Source: Octopus sinensis | Taxonomy: Eukaryota | Length of the DNA stretch: 23,451 bases | Direction of reading: 5' to 3' | NCBI RefSeq assembly: GCF_006345805.1 | Contig: NW_021836601.1 | Span: 1 to 23,451 of the forward strand | Part shown: positions 1 to 9,228 of the stretch, in pieces | How the letters are laid out: the number at the start of each line of letters is the position of its first letter | Numbering within the stretch: the stretch's first letter is position 1 | The notes under the pieces: model-generated | The model's database searches: none | Seen by the model: the letters and a program-made list of their open reading frames with translations, nothing else | Told to the model about the DNA's origin: nothing | Translations under genes and position numbers: made by a program

Positions 1-310
1 GATTCGGATCAACAGGAACCCTCGTCGTCGTAACCGACGGAGTGCTTCCACACTAAAAATTAATGCAGTGGTTTTGTTAATAAAGGCCTAAATGACAATC
101 TGGAGAAGTTAGGGTTTTTAGAAAAAGAAACGAACTAGCCAACACTCACATTACAAATACACAATCTTTAAGCGGAGAAGTAAAAAGACTTTTTTCAAGT
201 TTAACTTGCGATAGTGTTTTGGTTATTTACAATCTGATGATGGATCTTTGTGTCTCTGTTAGAAACCAGGTCTTTCCTTACAAGAAGACTTCAAAAGAAT
301 TAAACATACA

Positions 311-782
311 GGCGCAGGAGTGGCTGTGTGGTAAGTAGCTTGCTTGTGAACCACTTGGTTCAGGGTTCAGTCCCACTGCGTGGCATCTTGGGCAAGTGTC
401 TTCTGCTATAGCCCCGGGCTGACCAAAGCCTTGTGAGTGGATTTGGTAGACGGAAACTGAAAGAAGCCCGTTGTATATATATATATGTGTGTGTGTGTGT
501 GGTGTGTAAGTATATATATATATCTATGTATGTACGTATGTATGTACGTGTGTGTATATATTTGTGTGTCTGTGTTTGTCCCCCCAACATCGCGTGACAA
601 CCGATGCTGGTGTGCTTACGTCCCCGTAACTTAGCGGTTCGGCAAAAGAGATCCGATAAAATAAGTACTAGGCTTACCAAAGAACAAGTCCTGGGGGTCG
701 ATTATTAGCTCGACTCGAATGCGGTGCTCCAGCATGGCCACCACAGTCAAATGAGGGAAACACCCAAAATAGTAAAAATAGT
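311..782 (+). mobile_element. tRNA-derived SINE family A (octopus OR-like/CORE-type), full length with internal TA/TG microsatellite
   Basis: A box TGGCTGTGTGG, B box GGTTCAGTCCC and CORE-like CTTGGGCAAGT. The body and the tail (CCAGCATGGCC..CAGTCAAATGA) recur several times in the window. Confidence 0.88.
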
Positions 783-1035
783 TTAAAAAAACCAGTAAAA
801 CAGACGACCACGCACACCCACACACACACACGCATGTAGTATGTTCCGAGTTTCGAGTTACAAAGGGTAGAGTTTGCTCCTGCGCATCTGAGATTTCGCA
901 TAAGAAACATAAGAAGCTGCAAAAGTTTTCTTCATCCTTTTCTATAAAACCGTGTCAGGCTGAGTACTGTAGCTTGTGTTATTAGTATTAAAAAAAAAAA
1001 GTGTGCATATGATGTACCAGAACGTTTGCTGGCAT

Positions 1036-1304
1036 CAGAGCTTCCCTACTTTTTTTTTTCTTCTTGCCTATGGACCCACCCCTCAGATTCCAATTTTGCT
1101 CCACTGGACCCCCAGAGCTATTTGAAGTTTTTTGTTTTTTTTAAATAACATTTCTGTAACTGAATTTTATTAGGAACTCTATTAAAAAAAATTGTTAAAA
1201 TGTTTTGTTTTGTAGAAGTAAAACTAATTCATTGCACAAATTTTCACAACTAAATCTTGTATGGATCTCCAAAGAGCCATGCGGACCCTAGTCGAGAAGG
1301 CCTG
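1036..1304. mobile_element. Degenerate non-autonomous hAT-like (Charlie-type) MITE
   Basis: Imperfect TIRs CAGAGCTTCCCTACT / AGTCGAGAAGGCCTG (11/15 complementary) and subterminal GGACCC motifs; the 8-bp TSD is not preserved. Confidence 0.45.
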
Positions 1305-1311
1305 GCCCACA

Positions 1312-1314
<3 letters not shown>

Positions 1315-1377
<63 letters not shown>
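1315..1377. repeat. (TA)n microsatellite
   Basis: Pure TA run. Confidence 0.97.
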
Positions 1378-1379
<2 letters not shown>

Positions 1380-1429
1380 CTCTTGGAGATCCATACAAGA
1401 TTTAGTTGTGAAAATATGTGCAATGAATT

Positions 1430-1510
1430 AGGTGGTTTAATAAAGTATGTGATTGGGTATTATCTGGTAGTTGATATTTGATTTGGATGTATTTCCATTT
1501 TCTTATTTTG

Positions 1511-1511
<1 letters not shown>
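1430..1511 (+). mobile_element. 3' fragment of a (TA)n-associated dispersed repeat (second copy at ~11282-11365)
   Basis: GGTGGTTTAATAAAGTATGTGATTG..GATATTTGATTT..CATTTTCTTAT is nearly identical at both loci, and each copy ends in (TA)n. Confidence 0.75.
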
Positions 1512-1557
<46 letters not shown>

Positions 1558-1560
<3 letters not shown>

Positions 1561-1745
1561 AGAGTTTACGAAAAAACAACAACAAAAGACGAAGACAGGT
1601 GGTGTACAAAACAAACAGATGTATTAGTTATAACGCTCAGGAATAGAAAAAGTCTTTCACATTCGAGCCTACACTCTTCCACAGAAAGGGACACAGAAAA
1701 AACAAGGAGAGAGAAAAAATGTGTGTAGTGGCTAACGATCTATCA
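1558..1745 (-). mobile_element. Penelope-like (PLE) terminal fragment with decayed minimal hammerhead
   Basis: Non-repetitive island flanked by (TA)n. The minus strand at 1688-1654 reads CUUU CUGUGGA A GAGU GUAG GCUC GAAU GUG AAAG, which has the PLE minimal-hammerhead architecture with core mutations. Confidence 0.55.
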
Positions 1746-1801
1746 TATATATTATATATATATAATATATATATATATTATATATATAATATATATATAT
1801 A

Positions 1802-1852
<51 letters not shown>

Positions 1853-2358
1853 GTTTGTTTGTATGTATGTATGTTTGAATGTTTGTAAGCATGATGTTAT
1901 AGAAGTCAACAAGCATTAAGGAATCTCATTAAGAATGAAGAGTGAAATATTTACTTCATAATGAGTATAACATGCCTGCGTGTGTGTGTGTATGCGTGTG
2001 TATGTGTGTAACCGTATGTGTGTTTGTGAGTGCGTGTGCGCGACAATTACATACACACACACGCTTACAAATACATGAAATGATGTATTTATATAGTCAC
2101 AGACACACGTACATAGTATAACACACACACAGGTCCGTGCAAACTTAGTATTTAGCTAGGGACAGAAGTGAAATACAAGACCCCATATTTCAAACTGCTC
2201 ATTAGGTATTTTCGTCACCAGTAATCAGTACACACACATACAGACACAGACACAGACACACACACGTTCCCCCTCAAGTACAAAGCGAATATAGTTATAA
2301 CGGTCTATCTAATTAAGTATACATACTTGACCAACACATATAAGCAGATATATTATAT

Positions 2359-2405
<47 letters not shown>

Positions 2406-2857
2406 TATACACACACGCATACACATGTTTACATACACACATATATATATACACACTACATACATAAACATACAAATATGAACATATATGAATATATAAG
2501 TATACACACATATGTGCACACAAGCACACGTCATCTCTCTCCTCTATATATCCTATATATATATATATATATATATATACATACACATATATATATATAT
2601 ACATACATATATATACATACTATAGATATTATACATATATATATACATACATATATATACATATACACAGATATATACATACATATATATATACATATAC
2701 ACACATACAATACTATAATACATATAACATACATATATATATATTATTATACATACATACAGATACATACATACATACAGATACATACATACATACACAG
2801 ATACATACATATATACATATAATATATATATATAGATATATATATATATATATATTA
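1746..2857. repeat. Mixed TA/TG/CA/TACA microsatellite region
   Basis: (TG)n at 1803-1850 and degenerate (TA)/(TACA)n at 2350-2857; the ORFs here are I/Y/H repeats only. Confidence 0.9.
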
Positions 2858-3011
2858 TTCAAAGAAATTCCAACTCTGTTTTTTAATGTTTATTTATATT
2901 CTCTATAATAATATTAATGTAGAAATAGAATATATAGTATAAATAATATATATATAGTAAAATGAAATGAAGTCTTATTGAATAGATGAAATATTGAATA
3001 TAAAATATTAA

Positions 3012-3054
3012 GGGACTAGTAAACTTTCTTGCATTAAAGCAGTCTTCAGGTCCC
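3012..3054 (-). ncRNA. Putative minimal type-I hammerhead ribozyme (PLE-type)
   Basis: Minus strand: GGGAC-CUGAAGA-CUGC UUUAAU GCAA-GAA-AG UUUA CU-A-GUCCC. It has a 5-bp stem I, intact CUGANGA and GAAA core, a 3-bp stem II with a C.A mismatch, a 2-bp stem III and cleavage triplet CUA. Confidence 0.65.
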
Positions 3055-3101
3055 AAGCTGTGACAGGAGTGTTATATTATATATAATATATATATATATA
3101 T

Positions 3102-3210
3102 TTTATTTTATAGAAGGAGCTTCTACAGGACTAGAACTGTTTCATTCAAAAAATATACGTTTTTTTTTAATGAAACAGTTCTAGTCCTGTAGAAGCTCCT
3201 ATAAAATAAA
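3102..3210. repeat. Inverted repeat / hairpin
   Basis: AGGAGCTTCTACAGGACTAGAACTGTTTCATT (3115-3146) is the exact reverse complement of 3169-3200; the arms extend imperfectly to ~50 bp. Confidence 0.92.
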
Positions 3211-3256
3211 TTAATTTACTGTGGTTAACCCCGAACTCAACCCGGGACCTACATAT

Positions 3257-3299
<43 letters not shown>

Positions 3300-3457
3300 C
3301 ATACATACACCCATAGGCATATAAAGATGGAACCTGTATATATATTTCTGCTTGCATAAGCCTTTAAAGCCAGTCAGAATATGATACTTTAGTCGACTTA
3401 AGTCTTAAACCTCCAACACACCAACACACACACTTTCTCACACCATACAAATATATT

Positions 3458-3577
3458 TATATATACCATAGAGACAAACCTATGTATATACATATCTAAT
3501 ATATTATATATATATATATATATATATTAATGTATATGTATATGTATATACATAGGTTTGTGTCTATGGTATATATA
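3458..3577. repeat. Inverted repeat around a (TA)n loop
   Basis: ATACCATAGAGACAAACCTATGTATATACATAT versus ATATGTATATACATAGGTTTGTGTCTATGGTAT, one mismatch. Confidence 0.88.
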
Positions 3578-3923
3578 TATAAAAAAAGAGCAATACATAC
3601 ACACAACACACTCAAACACACATGGACAACCCGATATACACACATATTTCTACGCATGTGTATGAACATAACAGCTACTCAAGGGAAATACGGGTGTTAG
3701 GTTTTTATCAAGGGTGGGGGCAAGGCGGACCAAGGCTGACTTTGTTTTTGCAGTTAAGCCTGGGTAAGCTACGCAGACAGGGTAGAATGTAGTTTTTGTA
3801 AGATATGTAGCTAAGGAAAGCAAAAAACGGGTGGATACTCGGGTTAGGTGGGAAGGAGAGAAGGGTGTGTGTGGGTAGGTAGACAGCGTGAACATCCAAA
3901 TATAAACAAAAATTTCAGAGATA

Positions 3924-3958
3924 TGTCTATCTATCTATCTGCCTATCTATCTATCTGC

Positions 3959-4001
<43 letters not shown>

Positions 4002-4108
4002 CCTACCTATCTATCTATCTATCTACCTACCAACCTACCTACCTACCTACCTACATACCTACCTACCTATCTATCTTTCTATCTATCTATCTATCTATCT
4101 TCTATCTC

Positions 4109-4172
<64 letters not shown>

Positions 4173-4369
4173 CCTACCTACCTACCTACCTACCTACTAC
4201 CTATCTACGTACCTACCTACCTACCTACCTATCTATCTTTTTAAGAAAAGCTCTACCTTGTAATTTGTCCCGTGTGTGCAGCCCTGTGTGGCTAACAAAG
4301 AAACATATCTATCTTTTTATACATATTCACAGACATATATCTATATGTATGTATATAGATAATAGATAT

Positions 4370-4415
<46 letters not shown>

Positions 4416-4725
4416 GGGCAGAGAGGCAGATTAGATGGATGGGTAAGTGGGTGGGTGGATAGATAGACAGACAAACAAACAGAAAGATAGAAAAATGGAC
4501 AGGCTAAACTTTAGACTATCCATTTTTCTTTAGACTCTGAAGTGTTTTATGTATTTCGAGTAAGCAACGACAGGTGCTGCGCAAAAATAAAGACAGACAG
4601 ACAGGTAGACAGATAGCTAGATAGAGAGGTAGGTAGGTAGGTAGGTGTAGGTAGATAGATAGATAAATAGATAGATAGATAGGTAAATAGATAGGTAGGT
4701 AGGTAGGTAGATAAACAGATAATAG
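3924..4725. repeat. (CTAT/CTAC)n followed by (TAGA/TAGG)n tetranucleotide tracts
   Basis: Direct reading: 3924-4237 CTAT/CTAC; 4350-4470 and 4590-4725 TAGA/TAGG/GGAT. Confidence 0.93.
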
Positions 4726-5094
4726 ATCTATATATATTATACATGGACGCAAATACTGAAACATTTGCGTGTATATTACATAATTGAATTTCAGGTGAAA
4801 TCAAGGTATTAAGTTTACTGAAGAATAAATAAATGGGCTAGGACGATTATTTTGCTTTTCTTTTAAACAAAAGCAAATAGTAGACTTGTACATAAAGGTA
4901 CATACCAACACATATATGTAATATCTCTCTCTCTCCACACACATATATATATATATATATATTGGTAGGTAGGTAGATAAATTAATATACATATATATGC
5001 AGTTCATACATGCAAGATGTAAGTGTATGTAAATTAGAGATGTATTATATATATATATATATATACTATATGTATATGTAATATAATATATATA

Positions 5095-5164
5095 AATTAT
5101 ACACATAGGGAATCTACACCTAGGGTGAAGATACCCTAGGTGTAGATTCCTTATGTGTATAATT
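5095..5164. repeat. Near-perfect 32-bp hairpin with 6-nt loop
   Basis: AATTATACACATAGGGAATCTACACCTAGGGT-gaagat-ACCCTAGGTGTAGATTCCTTATGTGTATAATT, one G.T mismatch. Confidence 0.93.
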
Positions 5165-5259
5165 AATAGGCTTTTTGACAAATTTTTTGCACGTTAGACC
5201 ACTGGAAATGTAAATTTTGATTGAATATTTGTAAATTTAATTAAATTTCATTCCCTTTT

Positions 5260-5317
<58 letters not shown>

Positions 5318-5775
5318 CTATATATATCTACCATCCATCCATCCATGTGTATGTATATATAATATATATATATATATATATTTTGGGTGTGACATGTTGA
5401 ACCACTCAAACTTTTTTTAATATTAAGAAGTAATTTTTCAGTTTTTTTTGGTTCAATATATATCTGAGCTAGCTGGCTACATACATACATATATATATAT
5501 ACATATATACACGTGCGTGTGTGTGTGTTTATGACTAATATGACTAATCAGGTATAAAGTTTATCAACGGGGAAGCCGACAGACTTGCCTTTTTTTTTCT
5601 TTTTTTAAAGCAAGGCTGGGCTGGCAGCTTTGCAGTTAGACGGACAGGTAGGTAGATAGGCAGGTAGGTTGGCAGGTTGGTAGGTACTCAGATTGGTAGA
5701 TAAGATAGGTAATAGGTTATTGCACATGCTTTATATCCAGTGAGATAGCAAAAATAAAGAATTTGGGGAGCTTTA

Positions 5776-6430
5776 TATACATATGTACATACTACAATAC
5801 ATACACATAGACATATATATATTATAACATATATATATGTATATAACATATATAATATAATATATATATATAACATATATATATATAATATATATATATA
5901 ACATATATATTAACATATATATACAACATATATATACAACATATATATATATATATACAACATATATATATATATATACAACATATATATATTATACAAC
6001 ATATATATATATATATACAACATATATATATATATATAACAAATATATATATATAACATATATTATATATACAACATATATATATATTACAACATATATT
6101 ATACAACATATATATATATAACATATATAATATATATATACAAATATATGATATATATATATAATATATATATATAATATATATATATATAATATATAAT
6201 AACATTATATATATATAATATATATAACATATATATATATATAACATATATATATATATATAATACAACATATATATATAATACAACATATATATATATA
6301 ACATATATATATAACATATATATATATATATACATATATCTATATTAACATATATATATATATATATACACATATATATATATAATACATATAATATATA
6401 TAGATAATATATATAATACACACGCACACG
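5776..6430. repeat. Degenerate (TA)n / ACAACATATA minisatellite
   Basis: Direct reading. Confidence 0.93.
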
Positions 6431-6472
6431 CAAACATATATAGAGGTGTTTGTATGTGTGTATTCATTGAGT

Positions 6473-6612
6473 TTTAGTCACTAGACTGCGCCCATGATGG
6501 GGCACCGTCTTGAAGGGTTTAAAGAAACGAATCGACCGCAGTACATAAGTATGTATGCATCCCTTTGATATATTTCAGCCGTAAGGGCTGTGGCCATGCT
6601 GGGGCACCACCT
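6473..6612 (-). mobile_element. Two degenerate SINE 3'-tail fragments related to family A
   Basis: GACTGCGCCCATGATGGGGCACCG..AATCGACC and TGTGGCCATGCTGGGGCACC resemble the family A tail GACTGCGGCCATGCTGGAGCACCGCC. Confidence 0.55.
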
Positions 6613-6706
6613 ACAAACAAATATACATACATACATACATACACAATCGGATAAGAGCAGACAGGTTGAATAAATAAATAAAATAAATTGTTTAAAGGTC
6701 AGCATG

Positions 6707-6715
6707 TCTTACCTT
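6707..6715 (-). promoter_or_regulatory. 5' splice donor (AAG|GTAAGA)
   Basis: Near-consensus donor exactly where the ORF and the GC-rich composition end; the apparent TAA stop lies inside GTAAG. Confidence 0.8.
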
Positions 6716-8615
6716 CTGTCTTTTCTGAGTGGGCTGCCACTCCTACCTTGACCACCACCACTGCTATTCAACATGTTGCTGATGTTGCTGATATTGCTGC
6801 TGTTGATGATGATGCTGCTTGTTTTGCTCTTTTCCTGACCACTACCACTACTACTAACACTAACGTTGCCATTAGCAATAGTAGTGGTAGTAATTGTAGC
6901 ACTGGTCGATTCTGTAGTGGTCGTCTTGGAAGCATCATCATCATCATCATTAATAGTAGTAGTAGTGGTGGTGGTGGGGGGTGTCGTACTACTACTAGCG
7001 GTAGCAACACCACTAATAGTAGTACTACTAGTGGTAGTGGTGGTAGTATCATCGCTTCCAGTATCGGTAGTGGTTGTAGTGGTAGAATTAGTGGTTGTAA
7101 TTTCCTCCAAAACGCTTGGTGAGTCCTCCGTGATGACATTCACCGTCTCGTCGATGCGGACCGACTTGCGACCGGGTGTCTGTCGGTCCGGGGTTCGAAT
7201 CCAGTCGTCGCCGGTCTCTTCGATGCAGACGACATCGCGTAGACTTTCGCCCTTTTCCGTCTCTTTTTTTCCAAATCCTCCTTCTTCTTCTTCTTTCGCA
7301 ATTTTCGTTCCCACTTCTACCCATTCTTTCACGACCTCTTCTACTTGTTTTTCTTTCACGGCCGCCGCCTGCCTGACTTCTGCTTCTCGCTCTTTCACCA
7401 TTGTCGTCGCCGGTTCGATCTCGACTCCCAGTCCACCGCTTGTCGTCGTCATCATCATCATCTCGTCGACACCGCCAACACCAACTCCTACACTATCGCC
7501 TTGAACTTCGACCTCCATGAGTCCTCCACCCGATTCCAAAACACCCGCCGTCGATGACGACGACACCGTCGCCGCCGCCGATGCCGCCGCCTCCGCCATC
7601 GCCTCTTCCATCGCCGCTTCCACCACCGCCGCCGCCGTCTCCGTCTTCTTCATCATTTCAGCCGGTGACGGCTGTTGTTCTTGTAGTTGTTCTTGTTCTT
7701 CTTCTATCGGTCGTCTTACCGCTTCTATTATTTCTTCTTTTTCTTCCACTGTTATCTCTGACGTTGTTGAACTTATTGCTGTTGTTGTTGTGGTCGTTGC
7801 TCTGAAGTCATTAACCCCGTCTTCAACAACACCGACAACGGCTTCCCCAACGCCTCCTCCATAAGCTTGTAGGTCGTTCGGCGCGAAATCGTCAAGCTTA
7901 TTGTGAGGCGGCGGAGATCGTCATCATCATCATCACCAGCATCAACATCATTAGCAGCATGAGCGTCAAAAACACCGTGATCACCGCCACCGCCACCACC
8001 ATAACCAACATCGTTATCATTGTTATTATGATAATCGTGTTGTTCTCGTTGCTGGAGGTGGTCGTGGAGGTCAGCCGGTGGTGTTGGCGACGGCGGGGCC
8101 GGAAGTTGGGGTTCGACATGGTTCACTTCTACGTCCACCGCTTTTTCTCTCACTACTTCTTCCACTTTCTCCCGGTCCTCCGTCGTCATCGGCGACGGGG
8201 TCACCACCAACTCCTCCTGCGCTGTCACCTCCTCCACCGCCGGCGCCACGGTCTCCACTACCGCCGTCGCCGCCGCAGTCTCCATCGCCAGAGCCTTTTC
8301 TTCCACCACTTCTCCTTTTCCGACTCCCTCTCCATCCTCCTCCGCCTCCTTCTTGATGCTGTTCTTGTTCTTGTTCTTCTTCTTCCTCTTCTTCTTCTTC
8401 TCCGCTCCGGTCACCGGTTTCGAATCCACGCCGTCCTGTTGCTGCTTCTTCAGCAAACACATCGAGGCATCATCGTTGTCGTCGTCCTCGCCTTCAATCA
8501 CCTCCGAAACATTATTAAACTCGTCACTATTATTATTGTTAATACTCGTGCTTAGGGCATTGTTGGTGATGTCGTCCGGCGGCAACAAACTCGTAACTTC
8601 GCTGCTATCCTCCAT
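6713..8615 (-). CDS. First coding exon (~634 codons after correcting one frameshift near 7918) of an unidentified protein with a low-complexity acidic, Thr/Ser-rich, probably disordered N-terminus
   Basis: The ATG at 8615 is in a strong Kozak context (aagATGG) with an in-frame TAA at 8687-8685. ORF 8615-7773 and ORF 7749-6709 have similar composition. The second frame is open from ~7920 (SPPPHNKLDDFAPNDLQAYGGGVGE...), so one added base joins them. The exon ends at a canonical donor AAG|GTAAGA (GT at 6712-6711, phase 2). The region is GC/CpG-rich against AT-rich flanks and includes a basic NLS-like run KKKKRKKKNKNK. Confidence 0.8.
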
Positions 8616-9065
8616 CTTAAAACAACTGAGACTTCTTTTCTCTTCTCTCCTTCCTTCCTTCCTTCTCTCTTATCTTCCTCTCTTTTATCTTTTTCTCTCT
8701 TCTCTCTTTATCTACACGCTATCCTCTACACCAAAGTTTTCATTCACTTCTTGCTAGCTGCTGCTGTTGGCCTCTACTACCGACAAGTTACAACTGCTGC
8801 TGATTACTCTAGCTGCTGCTGCTGCTGCCGGCCGCCTCCCTCTCCCACCCCTTCTCTCGTTCTCATTACTAGTACTTCTACCACTACTACTACTCGCACT
8901 GCTGCTGCTGCTCCTCCTGATGATGATCCTGATACTGTTACCGCTTATACTTTCACTATGTCGCTACTGCTGCTTGTTGAGTGTGAGTGTGGGTATGTGC
9001 GCATGTGTTGCGGGTGTAAAATTTTGTTGTTTGCGGCGGCGATGGTGGAAGGGGTGGTGTTACAA
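8616..9065 (-). promoter_or_regulatory. Probable 5'UTR / proximal promoter of the minus-strand gene
   Basis: Purine-rich tract and CAG/TAG trinucleotide runs on the minus strand, with CpG-containing sequence directly upstream of the ATG. An NRF1-like TGCGCATG lies at ~8998-9005. No polypyrimidine acceptor precedes the ATG. Confidence 0.4.
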
Positions 9066-9088
9066 CGGTATGCACGTGTGTGTGGTAC

Positions 9089-9135
<47 letters not shown>

Positions 9136-9228
9136 TAATATTATATATATATATATATATGGGTTGTTGGTGTGAATGGGGTATGTGTAATGTCTGTGTG
9201 GTATATATATATGTATGTTGGTGTGAAA

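Noticed and set aside
1-50. 3' end of another SINE at the window edge
   Set aside because: CpG-rich and repeat-like, but too short and without a second copy in the window.
6688-8757. Plus-strand ORFs overlapping the exon
   Set aside because: Antisense shadows of trinucleotide-rich coding sequence; hydrophobic homopolymers with no splice or start support.
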